DNA of 64,000 bases from Mobula hypostoma. Lineage: Eukaryota. Under the pieces are notes generated by a model. That model was not told where the DNA came from. It saw only the letters and a list, made by a program, of their open reading frames with translations, and did not search any database. A program made the position numbers and the translations under genes. Within the stretch, counting starts at the first letter, position 1. Each line of letters begins with the position of its first letter. Where the stretch lies: NCBI RefSeq assembly GCF_963921235.1, contig NC_086108.1, forward strand, positions 55,182,001 to 55,246,000, read 5' to 3'. Positions 13,410 through 26,866 of this stretch are shown here, in pieces.

Positions 13410-13630
13410 AACAACACACACAAAATGCTGGAGAAACTCAGATCAGGCAAGAATGAAGGAGGGAAATGAATAGTTGATGATTTTGGCCAAGATCCTTTAA
13501 CTGGACAAATAATGAAGGGTCTCAGATGAAAGGTCTTCTTTCCCCTCCATAGATGCTGCCCTGCTGAGTTCCTTTAGCATTTTGTGTGCATTTCTCTGTA
13601 TTTCAAGCATTTGCAGTTTCTCTTGTGTCT
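13410..13630. mobile_element. Degenerate palindromic Penelope-derived insert
   Basis: ACACACAAAATGCTGGAGAAACTCAG ... CTGAGTTCCTTTAGCATTTTGTGTG. Confidence 0.75.
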
Positions 13631-13969
13631 CCAAAGTAATTTCATGTTTTCATTCTGACCTTTGTCTTTGCCTCAATATGTTTGTCAACAACGTGTGTTC
13701 ATAGACTTGCTGTTAAACAGCTCTAACTATCTCTGCTGCTGTGACGTGAAATTTATTTTCAACCAGCTATAAAGTATAAAATTTGTTTTAATGCTCATAA
13801 AGATTTCTTTATAGGGTAGTCTTGATAAGACTTCTGCTTCGGTATTTTGCTTGGTTGTTCTATTAGTCATGTCACAGTTGCACTGAAACATAGATATGTC
13901 TCACTTGCTTCTTTGATGTTACCCCGTGGGAATAGCTGACTTCAGAAACAAAGTGACCGGCAGTGACTT

Positions 13970-14320
13970 GAGGTATATAACTAATCCCTTAAATGGACAT
14001 TCCCTCTTCTCCCCTCTCCCATCAGGCAGAAGATACAAAAACCTGAAAGCACGTACTACCAGACTCAAGGACAGATTCTATCCTGTCGTTATCAGACTCT
14101 TAAATGGACATCTTGTACAATAATAGTAGCCTCACAACCTACGTCATTATGGTCTTGCACTTCATTGTTTATCTGCACTGCACTCTTTTGGTAGCTTTTA
14201 CACTTTATCCTGCATTGTTATCGTTTTACCTTACAATGCAGTGTGTAATGAGTTGATCTGTATAAGCAGTATGCAAGGCAAGCTTTGCACTGTATCATGT
14301 GACAATAATAAACCAACACC
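13970..14320 (+). mobile_element. Rex1/Babar LINE 3' end
   Basis: HSLFSPLPSGRRYKNLKARTTRLKDRFYPVVIRLLN followed by AATAAACC tail. Confidence 0.85.
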
Positions 14321-15361
14321 ATCACTAATAATATAATTAGTCTTCCTATCAAACATAATGATGAATCCCTTACATTATCTTGTTTATTCTTGTCTGGAAT
14401 ATTTTAAGTAATGATTTTACCTCATGGTAATTCAGTTACTTTAATTTTGAAATTTGTGTTTTTCTCGTTATAACTACTAGTCCCAAATGTGATTTATAAA
14501 TATATATTCCTTACATTATTCATTCACCTCAATGTTATGCACACTTTTTTATTACAGTTGTTTTCTTTTCATTCAGACATGGTTTGAATGGAACTGCAGA
14601 AGTGTGAAGGGCTCTGTTTTACTTTGTAAATAGAAAATGTGACCTTGATTCCTACATTTAAAACATCTGGCAGCACCAAACTGACATACTTAAGCTGAGT
14701 GTTTCCCGTAGCAACAGTAGCAGAGTTTCCTGCCGTAACCAGCCTTCATGCTGCTCTCACTCACATGACCCAGACACAATTTCAGAATTCCCTCCCACCA
14801 GTGCTCCTGCTGTTGGTTCACTACTTCTTTAATATAGATGTCTGTTTCCTTCACATTTTAAAGGTAATTTCAACACATGTAGTTAATGTGTATACCTGTT
14901 CAAATGTTAAGTACTGAATGTTAAGTAACTTGCAATGGAAGTTATGAACAATTCCTGCAAACTATGGACTCACTTTCACTGAATTGTCATCTCATGTTCT
15001 CAATAGAGAGATAGATACTTTATTGATCCCAAAGGAAATTACAGTGTCACAGTAGTATTACAAGTACACAGATATTTATTATTATTGTTTCTGTTTTCTC
15101 TTTCTGTATTTGCATAGTTTGTTGTCTTTTGCACATTTGTTGTTTCACTGTCCTATTGGGTGTGGTCTTTCATTGACTCTATTGTGTTTCTTGTATTTAC
15201 TGCGAAAGCCCACAAGAAAATGAATCTCAGGGTTGTATATGGTGACATATATGTACTTTGATAATAAATTTACTTTGAATTTTGAACATATCAATTTATC
15301 TCTCAGTGCACAATCCAAAACATGCAGAAGTTGATGTAACTGATTTTTCAGATCAACGATA

Positions 15362-15800
15362 TACAGTGCCTTGAAAAAGGATCCTGCCCTCAACCCAGTG
15401 TTCACTTAAATCTGTATTACAACCAGGGATATTGATCAATTGAGAATTTTTATTTGTGAATCAATTTCCCATTTTTTTTTCCACAGTAGACCTCCCCACA
15501 AAAAAACAGGGAAAATTTTAAAGCATGAAAAACTAAAAATTTAAAAACAGAGAAGTCAGCAGTTTGAAAGTATTCATCCACCTTTGCTCAGTACCGCTCC
15601 ACAACTAACTTGGTACAGCTTGAGCAATTTTATAAGGAGAAATGGATAAATCTTGTTCCAGCATATTGTGCAAAGCTAGTAGACTTATCCAAAAAGACTT
15701 TTAAAGATAGCTGTGAGAGGTGGTTCAACTATGCACTGAGCGAAGGGGTGGTGAATATTTCTGATTCTCTGCTGATCTCTGGTTATGTGTTCAAACTGTA
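15362..15800 (+). mobile_element. Tc1 transposon remnant
   Basis: TA-CAGTGCCTTGAAAA terminus; LVQLEQFYKEKWINLVPAYCAKLV is a Tc1 transposase C-terminus. Confidence 0.8.
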
Positions 15801-16494
15801 TAGCTTTTAATTATCTCCAATAGCACTGGCTTAAAGTCATTTTAGAATTTCTCTTTATAATTGGACATCAGTTGTCTGAGAGGATGCAAGAAAGTTTACC
15901 GAAGCCTCACATGCATCTGGCCACATTTCAACTAAAAAATTCACTGTCTTATGCTCACATTGACGGCATACCAAGTATCTTTGCTCACTGTTAAAATAAT
16001 GCTATCTACCCAAGAAAACATTTCTGTCCTTTTAAAGTACTAATTGAGCAGCACCTGTACCTTGTTATAGCCAGTGTCATTTCTAATACAGTTAGTTTAT
16101 GACTCATCTTCTATTTTGTATGCCTAACACCCTGACAGTTGTTTAGTTTGACTGTTTATCCATGCTTAATTCTGCATCTGCTGCCTTTATTTTCTTCTCT
16201 TAAGCTCAAGTCTATACTTTAGATCTGTTGCAATGAACTGTAAGCTTATTAACAGGCACAACCTTCTTATGTAGTCATGTACTTTTTTATAAACCTCAGT
16301 CACTTCTTTCCTTTTAATGATCATCAACATTATGAAGAATGCTGTTTGGGTTCTTGAATTTAAACAATGCCCACTGACAGAACTGCAAACTTGCACATAA
16401 GGAGCTGAATGTGTGTGTGGTTTATTCTACATTTTACAAAATGACGTTGCAACACAAAGATCAGTAAATATCACGAACTAACTATCCTGATCCA

Positions 16495-17115
16495 ACCATG
16501 CAGATGCTATGGCAAAGAAAGCATATCAGCATCTACTTGTTCAGGGAGCTACATAAATCTGGCATGGCCCCACTGACCTTCACCATTTTTTACAGGTGCA
16601 CCACAGAAACATCCTATCTGGCTGCATTGCAGCTCGTTATGGCAACTGCTCTGCCTGAGACTGCAAGGAACTGCAGAGAGTTCAGGACACAGCTCAGCAC
16701 ATCATGAAAAACAACCTTTCCTCCATGGATTCTGTCTACACTTCTCATTGGTTCAGTAAAGCAGCTGACATAATCAAAGACCCTTTCCAGCTCATGTATT
16801 CTCTTCTCATCAGGCAGAAGATACAAAGGTCTGAAAATATGTACACCAGGTTCAAGGACAAATTCTATCTTGCTGTTAGAACTGAACAGACCTCTTATAC
16901 AATAAGATGGACTCTTGGCCTCACAATCTGATTGGTCATGGCCTTGGACAATATTGCTTGCCTGTGCTGCACTTTCTCTGTAACTGTAACATATAAAAAA
17001 CATCATTGTTCTTTCCTTCTATTGCCGTAAGGTACTGACGTGAAATGCTCTGTATGGATAGTATGCACAACAGTTGTTCACTGTACCTTGTGAAAATAAT
17101 AAACCAATTTACCAA
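16495..17115 (+). mobile_element. Rex1/Babar LINE 3' fragment
   Basis: LTFTIFYRCTTE..., KAADIIKDP..., RFKDKFY; AATAAAACC tail. Confidence 0.8.
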
Positions 17116-19029
17116 CTTAGTCATATGACATAATCTTGAAAGAAGTAAAATCTTTAAAGAAACAACAGTTTTTCAGGATCAATATTAAATATTCTATATA
17201 TTACAAATATTCTTAAATAGAGATTGTGAGGTTCAGACAAGAATTTGAAAGCACCATGCTTTCTTTATCATGCTTATATTCACATCTGAAACTTCCCTGA
17301 CTTAAGTTTGTTCGATTAAATATTCTTAACAGGATATGTCATTGCTTGGGAATGGAATATTTTTCCAGATTTGCATTAGAGTTCAATACCAAGATTACCA
17401 ATTTATTTTAGGGACAGATTGCAGCTTAGCAAGCTGTCGTAACAAATTTTTGTAGAACATTATATGCTAAACCAGTATATTATTATCATATATTGAAATA
17501 ACTTTTTCAATCATTTTCTGTCATTTGTCCATTATGTAATTATCAGTATCATACTGTAGCTAATTATACCCAAGCATTTACGTCCATAGATTTCATCTAA
17601 ATTTTATTTTGATTTTAATATTTTCATTTTGTGAATGACAAAGATGAATTTATTGCTCATATTTATGCCACACAGACTAAAACTCCCAAATTACCTTCTG
17701 GTAAGGGTTTGGTATTTGACTAACCTATTAGTCAAACATCATTTATGCATTTAAAAATGGCAACCAGAATTTCACATTATGTAAAAATCTCTATTGCTAT
17801 AGAGTCTGAATCATGCTGCACTGAGATGAGCCTTTATAATTATCCTGCCACCAGTATAGTTCACATATACTTTAAACTTTATTTGAAATGAAAATGCAAT
17901 ATATCCATAAAAATAAACTGGAATGAAAGCGTGTGCACGTAGGCACAGCTGTGATGTCTTTAATGTTTGAATATCCTCCCTAACCTCACTATATATGTAA
18001 GAACGTACTAGATATGAATTGAACAGCAAACATAAATAACTAAAGATACAGCAGTGTGTACAGCAGCCAATGACCAACTGTTTGAGCAAGAGGTAACTTA
18101 TAAATTACACTCCCTCAATATTCCCACATTCTTATTTTTATTATGGATTATCTGATAGTGATCTAAAACCGAATCTCAGTATGATATTTCTCCTAGCTCT
18201 TTTTTTCCCATTTCCATGAAAACAGTGTGTTTCAAAATACCATTAAGTGAGATATTTCATGTGGTAACTACTGGGTACTGAACAAGGAGCTTGATGATTT
18301 AATGGGCTAGAAGTGGTATGGTGAATTAAAATACATGGAGTACCTGCACCAGTCTCATCGGTGGTTGTTGGGGAGGGAGTGAATAGGAAGCCATTGTGCA
18401 TTTAAGGGCCTTTTGAAAATATTTTGTCATAATACTCAGTCTGAATTCATGCAAAATGTTTCTTTTATTTTGCATAGGAGGCTAATTTATACTGTTTACA
18501 GCACAATTAATAATGATGGCCTGCTGGGGCCTCAAAGCACTGTAGCATGGAGAGGATGCTCAACAAATTTTGAAGTAGTGACGTACTATAGATACTGCTC
18601 TGTTTTATTCAGTTAATTGGTGCTGCAATTGAAACATTCCTTCTTTTATAACAGTTTTAAATTCAGCCTCCAGTGTTGTTCGATAGATTTATTTTATGTT
18701 TAAAAGCATTCTTGTAAATATGTGCAAAGAATGCAGAATAATAGATAAACAGACTGATAGATACTTCAATAAAATCAACAGAAATAAATTCCACATAAAC
18801 ATTTGCATTTCAAGAAGAGGATATTCTCAAAGAAATTAGAACTGAAGATTGATTTGTCATTTTGGAATCTCTCTGTCATTGTTGTTTGTTGTTTTGAACA
18901 TGTAGTCTTGAATAAATAATCTTTATCCTGAACCTTGTGCTCTCATTTGTGTATTAATGATTTATCAACACCAGTCAATCCATTTTCAATCATTATCGCC
19001 TCCACTGTTTTCACTTATAGTTTCACTTG

Positions 19030-19757
19030 CATATATTACGGATGATAAGAAGCATAGATAGAGTGGGCATTCAGTGCCTTTTTCCCAGGGCAGAAATGGC
19101 TAACATGAGATGGCGTAATTTTAAAGTGATTGGAGGAAATGACAGAGGTAAGTTCATTATGCAGAGAGGGGTACTTGCATGGAATGTACTGCTGGAGATG
19201 GTGGTAGAGGCAGACACACTGGGGACATCTGAGAGGTTTTTAGATTGGCACATGGATGAAAGACAAATGAAAGGCTATGTGAGAGGGAAGGATTAGATTG
19301 ATCTTAGAGTAGGTTAAAAAGTTATGCCGAAAGGTCTGTACTGTGCAGAAATGTTCTATATCCTATGTTCCTAAGGTAGTATCCAAGACATCTTCGGGGA
19401 GTGGCGCCTCAAAAAGATTGCATCCATCATTAAGGACCCCCACCACCCAGGACATACCTTCTTCTCATTGTTACTGTCAGGAGGAAGGTACAGAAGCCTA
19501 AAGGCACACACTCTGCGATTCAGGAACAGCTTCTTCCTCTCTGCCATCTGATTTCTAAATGGACATTGAACCCATGAACACTACCTCACTACATTTTTTT
19601 TGAATTTCTGTTTTTGTGTGACTTATTTTAACTATTTAATACACATATATATGCTTACTTTAATTTCATATTTTTCTATATTTATAATGTATTGCATTGT
19701 ACTGCTGCTGCTAACAAATTTCACAACATACGTCGCTGATATTAAACCTGATTCTGA
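19030..19757 (+). mobile_element. CR1 3' end (~19030-19370) followed by a Rex1/Babar 3' end (~19385-19757)
   Basis: AWNVLLEMVVEADTLGTSERFLDWHM; SIIKDPHHPG...LLSGGRYRSLKAHT; tail ATTAAACCTGATTCTGAT. Confidence 0.8.
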
Positions 19758-20179
19758 TTTGACTTTAATTCTTAGTGATTGTTAGTTGTCTAGCTTGCTT
19801 ATAAAATATTTTAGTAACAGACAAATACAGCTTGCCTGGTATTCTTCCTCATTTCTTTTGTAAGATCAGTCATACCCTTTGTTGACGTGCATGTGCTATT
19901 GTATATCATGAAATTAGGCATCAGTGCAACAATAGCTATGCAATAATAACAGTCAAAGCAATGTAATTCAGATTCATTAATTGATCTGGTAATCTCTTTC
20001 TACAATTCTGTGCTGCAGGAGAGGATATTCAGTGGTCAGAGAAAGAGTGAGAGAAAATGTATAGAGCAGGAGTTCAGGATCTATGTTGACAGGGCAGGCG
20101 GAAAGATAAAAGACAAAGATGGTCTGTTTGGAAACTGGAATCAGTAATGGTTTCATTTAAGGAAGCCAACTAATAAGTA

Positions 20180-20570
20180 CTTTATTGATCCCGAGTGGGA
20201 AATACTTTTGTTACAGCAGCAACATTTAAAAACACACATAGCAGTGTGCAGACTTAACTAATAATATACAGAATAATAATATACATGATAATAATTTACC
20301 AATGTGCAATAATAATGTATGAAATAATAAAGCAGAGACTATTGTGCTATGATGTGTGTTCTCCTGTCGCACAGAGATGAACTGTTGTATATGCTTATTG
20401 CATTTGTTAGGAAAGATTTTCTGTAATGATCCTTGTGACAGTGAAGAAGAATGAGCCTGTTCGAAAGGGTGGACCACTGCTTATTCAGTAGGTCATGGAG
20501 AGGATGTGGCAGATTGTCCATAGTGGATACCAGTTCTTTTAGTAGCTTCTTCTCCACCACTGATGCTGTT
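20180..20570 (-). mobile_element. Rex1/Babar-type LINE 3' end
   Basis: MDNLPHPLHDLL...RLILLHCHKDHYRKSFLTNAISIYN. Confidence 0.75.
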
Positions 20571-20746
20571 GGGTATATACGGTAATGTTTTGTTTGATTG
20601 ACCTTTGGGAAACATGGAGAAGCTTTTCTCAAAAACTATGAGTTAACTAGAATGTTTGTCAAAACAAGTTGTAACATGTTTGATGAAATCAACATGAATA
20701 TCTAGAGATTTCATTTGGAAATATGAATTTGCTACTACTCTATTAC

Positions 20747-21939
20747 TGTCATGGTCCGGTCTGTGAAGTCTATGTTCCGGTTCACGGTCCAGTCCATCGA
20801 TCCTTGTTCCAAGTTTTCCTGTTTTCTCCCTCGTTCTGTTGGGTGCTTTAATTCAGGCACCTGATTCTCATTTCGGTCTGGCACATAAGTACCTCTGCAA
20901 ACCAGCGACTGTTGGCTGGACTGTTCCCTTCCCTTCCCCTTCCTTCTGAAGCCTTTACCTGCGTCCTCGCCTGTAACGCCGGCAGGTTCAACCGCCAGGG
21001 CAAGACCGGGGACTTGCTGTGTCAAGGTAAGAAACAGTCTGTTGTTGTTTTGAATTGTCTCTTTGTGTCCTCGCCTTCGTAGGTAGGTCCAGCTATTTGC
21101 CACTACCTTGAGTTGGGAACTGTCTTTGTGTCCTCGCCTTCACTAGGTAGGTCTGGCCGTTTGCCACTACCTTGTGTTGAGAACCGTCACTTTGTGTCCA
21201 TGCCTCCACTGGGTAGGTCCAGCCGTTTGCCGCTACCCTGAGTAGAGAACTGTCTCTTTGTGTTCTGTGTATAGAAAGAGCCCTGGCTCTTTGTCCTGTT
21301 CCCAAGAAGGGGATCCTGGCTCTGTGTGCTGTGTACGAGTCCCGGCCCTACGTCCTGCTCCCAAGGAGGGGCTCCGGCTCTGTGTTCCATGTTCTTGAGT
21401 TCCAAGTCCAACCTCTGAGGTTCCTGTCTCCCAAAACCAAGTCAAGGCTTCGCGTTCTCGTCCTGTCCATGTGCCTCGCCCAGCCCAAGAGTACCTCACC
21501 CAGCCCTGTGCTGGAGCTCCCTCGTCCAGTGCTGGAGTTCCCTTGTCCTGTCCAGGAGTCTCACATCCAGTCCTGTAGCCACACAATGACGTGTAGCCAT
21601 GTCTTGTCCTGGCCTAAACCCGGATTCCGGTTCCAAGTCAAGACCCAGGTCCCTAGTCCCAACCAAGACCTAGGTTCCGGGTCCTTGTCCAGGGTCTAGT
21701 TCCGGAGTCCCGTGTCCCTAGTCCAGGCTCCTTGTTCCTAGTTCCGTGTCCAGGTTCCATGTTTCTTGTCCATGTCCTAGCCCAGGCCCTGCATCCTAGT
21801 CTCGTCCAGGGCCTGTGTCTATGTCCAGCGTCCTTTCTTCCCCACTTCCCTTGCTTTCTTGACACACTGAGTCCAGTTCCTCGAACTTCAGTGTCTGTAT
21901 CTTCAATTTCGGTTCGCTCCCAATCCCCTCCTTGTGACA
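20747..21939. mobile_element. Solo LTR (~1.2 kb, Gypsy-like)
   Basis: TGTCA...TGACA termini; flanks ATTAC/GTTGC (degenerate 5-bp TSD); pyrimidine-rich internal repeats. Confidence 0.75.
21054..21266 (+). repeat. ~65-bp tandem repeat, about 3.3 copies, inside the LTR
   Basis: Unit AACTGTCTCTTTGTGTCCTCGCCTTCACTAGGTAGGTCCAGCCGTTTGCCACTACCTTGAGTTGAG with variations. Confidence 0.85.
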
Positions 21940-23357
21940 GTTGCACTTCCCATCACCTTACAGAAGGCCTTGAGAGGAACAGTCCAAGGTAACTTGTACT
22001 ATGTGGAAAAGAGAATTATGATTTACTGAGGATTCTGTTTACCACTTTGAGGTCCAAAGGGCATACTCTACACCCTCTCTTTTCCTATCAGAAGTCATTT
22101 GCTGATTAGTTCCATATCAAAGCCACATAACTTAAAGGTGACGTGAAGCTATGCTGGTTATTATTGTCCACTTGCAAATGATACCTGGATCTCGGATTTC
22201 TTTGGGATTCATGTTAATAATGGCAGATAGAGAGCAGGAATTCTGCATTGTCTGACCACCCATTGGAAGCCTAGATCCAAGTCAGCTCTGACATTTTTCC
22301 TTCACAAATGCAATCTTGAATTGCACAGTTTAAAAAATGAATAGTTGAGAGGAAGTGGAGAGAAAAAACAGGGAAGTATTTTAATATCCCCTCTTGACCA
22401 TTAGGCCAAAACTATAGGCAAGTTTTCCATTCCCAAATAAAGAGGATTCTCAAATGCTTCTTTGGATTGATGTGCCTGTTCCGTTTTTGTTTTTTTTTTG
22501 TGCAGGGTGAGGGGATTTGGGGTTGATGATTGTGCTGTCTTTTTTGTCTTTACTGGTTTCATGGCTGCCTGGAGAACAATTTCAGAGTTGTATACTTTGA
22601 TAATAAATGAACCTTTGGATATAAAATTATCACTTTCCTCAGCTTATGTTTTCTGTCTTGTTGAATGATTAAGTGGATTAACAGTACAAAAATTTACATA
22701 CATTTCCATTGAGAAAAAAGAATTAATGAGGATATTCATCCTTGAGGTGTAATAAAAATTAAAAGACATGGTTGAGTAAAATGATGAATAATAAAGAATA
22801 ACATTTACACTGCTAACAACAGGAGCAAATAGCATTATCTGTAATGTGGAAAATTATGATGTTCATCCAATCTTAAGTAGCCTTACAAAAGGAATAATGT
22901 GTAGCAAGAGTTCTTTATGTTCCAATAACATACCCGTTGAAAATTGTTCCTAGAAATTAATGCTATTTTCTTACAGATATTACCTTCAGTTATCCATCTG
23001 GTAGTGTGCTTTGATGGGATTAAGACACTATTGTTCATCTTTCATATAGGGCTAAAATTACACCCCACTGTTTCTTATCGAATCACCACAAGGCTTTACG
23101 TCCTTGGTGGGATTCTGAGCAGAAGATCCAACAGTGAGGAAATTGATATTCCCTTTGAAGGAGATTACCTTTAGACTGAAAGAACGTTAAATGAGTACAA
23201 TAGTAAATGTATCATAATCCTGTGTTTTTAAAATTTGGGGATTAGAATGACAGATTTTGAATGTTATTCCTATTAATATCCAAAACAGTTATAATTCACT
23301 TTTTAAAGTGCTATACACTATTATAGTACCTTTCCCAGTAAACTCCATAAGTTTTAA

Positions 23358-23606
23358 GAGGGCATGGGAAATTAGGCCCTGGTCAGATTAAAGGGACCTA
23401 GAAAGGGGGACCCATTTGATTTTTTTAGGGCCCACAGGAACCAGAGGGGCCCTGTGTGTTGAAGGGAGAATGGCAAATGGAACCCCAGTGGAGTTCAAGG
23501 GATCAGAGGAACCAGGCCCCTGCTAAGTTAAAGGAAGCATGGAAAATAGGCCCCTAATGAATTGGAAAAGGGCATAGGAACTTGTGCCAAGGAGAGTTGA
23601 AAGGGA
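23358..23606 (+). repeat. Degenerate ~33-37-bp minisatellite, about 7 units
   Basis: Recurring GGG..A..GGAA...GGCCC.....GTT(G)AA pattern. Confidence 0.55.
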
Positions 23607-23989
23607 GTGCTGAAAGCATCATTTGGTAAACCAGATTTTGAACCATTGGGATTTTCAAATGGTCAGATTTCAGATTATTGCAGTTTTACTGTATGCCTTA
23701 TAGTTTGCTGCTTCTTTGAAATAATGATCCAAAAAGTAAACTCATTAAATATGTTGCTCATAAAGTATTGCCAATTTCAGTGTGACATCCATTGGCTATG
23801 CCCTAACCATAAGTAGTATAAGGCAAGTTATACTGTAAAATTTCTTGCTCACTTAACACGTGTGCAGCAAAATAGAATCAGTCATTTTGTCTATGTGCTC
23901 CTTTCATCCTTTATGTAGATACCGTTCAATGCTATAGTCAGTGGGTGAAATGGCCAAAAGCAGCTTTCAAATGAAAGTATTATGGAGGA

Positions 23990-24350
23990 GTTGGGTTCTG
24001 AATTTATTTGATCCTACACAGTGTTTTTTGCAAGGTGACTGATGAAGAATGAACCTGGCATTGGCCATGGGGAACTAAACCTTGTGGTCTATCAGAATTT
24101 GAATCTTGAAGGACTGGTAGCCATTCAAAGATGTAAAATGCTTTGAGTTCTAAAGGGAAACCTGAGGCACAACATATGTGCAGTGTCCCATTGCTGAACA
24201 TTTGGGAAATGACAATCATACACCCATTCAGTTCTATTTTATGTGCTGATGGATATAAAGATAAAATTCAAGCATGTCTTTTTTTCCCTTGAAAATAGAG
24301 CATTTCTAACCTCCTGAAATCTCCAGTAAGCAACAAATTAGCCAGATTCA
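23990..24350 (-). mobile_element. Fossil PIF/Harbinger transposase fragment
   Basis: Frameshifted FPNVQ..HCTYV, FTSLNGYQSFKIQILIDHK and ANARFILHQS resemble Harbinger FPNVQGAIDCTH, NRKG.HS.NVQ..CD and HDA.IL.QS. Confidence 0.55.
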
Positions 24351-25408
24351 GAGGTTAGGAAGGTGAGTGTGACAGTGTCCTTGACCTCAGGTAATAAAGC
24401 AGTCTAGCCATGAGTCTAAGTTACAAGGTTTGTTCAAAGAAGAGTGCATATTTTAGTGACAGTATACGTTGTAAACCTCTGAGATGTTGATGCTAACAAT
24501 GCGTCAGAGGCCTGAGTTCCTGTAGATGTTATGGCGATAGGATAATTGACTGACCATTTCATGGCTTTTTCCTCAGGGTGCCCAAACTTGCTGCTTCTGG
24601 GCTAATGCAAATAAGTATGAATCACTATGGAAGCATTCATTACAAGAAGTTTCTAAGTCCTGAAATACAATGGCATTGAGTAGAATTTTTGTGGGCAATT
24701 GGAAATGTTTCTAGTAGGCAATTTCCACTTCCATAGTATTGTGAGGCAGATTGCAGCAGGCAGATGACATTTGAGGCCAAGACCCTTCTTGAGGACTGGA
24801 AAGGAAGGGGGAAGATGACAGAATGTGAACTAATAGGTCATTGTTAGGGGTTGTAAAGCATCAAACTACCACCAGCAAGGTTGTTCTTTATGTTCTTTCC
24901 AAATCATTGGTCTCAAAACTCCTCACTGTCCATGACCTCAGAAGAGCAGATCATAGAAACATAGAAAACCTACAGCACGATACAGGCCCTTCAGCCCACA
25001 AAGCTGTGCCGAACATGACCCTACCTGAGAACTACCTAGGCTTCACCCATAACTCTCTATTTTTCGAAGCTCCATGTAGCCATCCAGGAGTCTCTTAAAA
25101 GACCCTATCGTTTCTGCCTCTACTACTTCTGCTGGCAGCCCATTCCACGCACTCACCACTCTCTGCATAAAAACTTACCCCTGACATCTCCTCTGTACCT
25201 ACTTCCAAACACCTTAAAACTGTGCCCTCTCGTACTAGCATCTAAGCCCTGGGGTAAAGCCTCTGACTATCCACACGATCAATGCCTCTCATTACCTTGT
25301 ACACCTCTATCAGGTCACCTCTCATCCTCCATCGCTCCAAGGAAGAAAGGCTGAGTTCACTCAACTTGTTCTCATAAGGTATGCTCCCCAATCCAGGCAA
25401 CATCCTTG

Positions 25409-26111
25409 TGTAGCCTCCTGGTAAGCCTCAGGCTTGCTTAGCTCACTTTCGTCTAGGGGGAGCAGCCATCAGCCCCGCCAAACTGGATAATCAAGTTTGT
25501 GTAGATGCCGTGTGATGTACCCCACCACGCCAAATAACATACACCATATGCAATTAAATGATTACACTTTATAAGTATTTCTTAGTGATGGGTGAGTAGA
25601 AACAAATACAATAAAGGTGCCAAGTCAGTAACTCTATCAGTTCTGCGCACAAATAATTCGTTGGAGCTCTTACAGAACCAGGTCTCTCTTTCTTCCAGTT
25701 GATGTCTTCCGAACTCCGCCGACCTTCGAATGGGACCACCTTCAGTGGTCGACCAAACGCTCCACACGACTTTGCCCTCATTTCCTCTCCTCGCCGAAGA
25801 CCCTAGGCCTCAGACTCCCGCTCGGGGTCCGTTCCGTCACCCAGCTCACAGCATCGCGTCTCGTCTCTCTGTCCCCATTGCGCATTCTGCCCAAAACCTG
25901 CGAAAACAATAGCTTATAGACACACAAGAAAGAATAACTATCCCAATTGGTTAGCAAATGAGTACAATTCTCGTTATCAGTAATTATAACCAAAACAAGC
26001 TGCTACAGTTAATGCAGCAGTTAACATTACAGAGAAGCCATTTTATTATAACATAACAAAGAAGCCATTTTATTAGCTTTAGCAGTAACATAAAAGAAGA
26101 AACCCCTTACA
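25409..26111 (-). mobile_element. Solo LTR (703 bp)
   Basis: TGTA...TACA termini; 4-bp TSD CTTG/ATTG; removal restores CR1 CATCCTTGTAAATCTCC. Confidence 0.85.
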
Positions 26112-26536
26112 ATTGTAAATCTCCTCTGCACCCTTTCTATGGTTTCCATGTCCTTCCTGTAGTGAGGCGATCAGAATTGAGCACAGTACTTCAAGTGGGG
26201 TCTGACCAGGGTCCTATATAGCTGCAACATTACCTCTTGGCTCTTAAACTCAATCCCATGATTGATGAAGGCCAATTCACCGTATGCCTTCTTAACCACA
26301 GAGTCAATCCACACTGCCAGGAGTCTTTCAATTAACACTATATTCTGCCAACATATTTGACCTACCAAAACGAACCACCTCACACTTATCTGGGTTGAAC
26401 TCCATCTGCCACTTCTCAGCCCAGTTTTGCATCCTATCAGAAAACAGGAATTCTGCAGATGCTGGAAATTCAAGCAACACACATAAAAGTTGCTGGTGAA
26501 CGCAGCAGGCCAGGCAGCATCTCTAGGAAGAGGTGC

Positions 26537-26572
26537 AGTCGACGTTTCAGGCCGAGACCCTTCGTCAGGACT
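26537..26572 (-). ncRNA. Minimal type I hammerhead ribozyme motif (left arm)
   Basis: Reverse complement AGTC-CTGACGA-AGG-GTCTCGG-CCT-GAAA-CGTC-GACT. Confidence 0.85.
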
Positions 26573-26866
26573 AACTGAAGGAAGAGTGAGTAAGGGATTT
26601 GAAAGTTGGAGGGGAAGGGGGAGATCCAAAATGATAGGAGAAGACAGGAGGGGGGGGGGATGGAGCCAAGAGCTGGACAGGTGATAGGCAAAAGGGATAC
26701 GAGAGGATCATGGGACAGGACGTCCGGGAAGAAAGACAAGGAGGGGGGGACCCAGAGGATGGGCAAGGGGTATATTCAGAGGGACAGAGGGAGAAAAAGG
26801 AGAGTGAGAGAAAGAATGTGTGTATAAAAATAAGTAACGGATGGGGTACGAGGGGGAGGTGGGGCA

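Noticed and set aside
14778..14865. Minus-strand exon ending in gtgagt (..EHWWEGILKLCLGH)
   Set aside because: No convincing acceptor and no phase link to other candidates
21054..21266. CRISPR-like array
   Set aside because: Contiguous tandem units without unique spacers, inside an LTR, in vertebrate DNA with no cas genes
23358..23606. Collagen-like Gly-X-Y exon
   Set aside because: No sustained frame; unit lengths vary
24430..24601. Minus-strand exon with ~55 open codons
   Set aside because: No good donor; adjoins the Harbinger fossil
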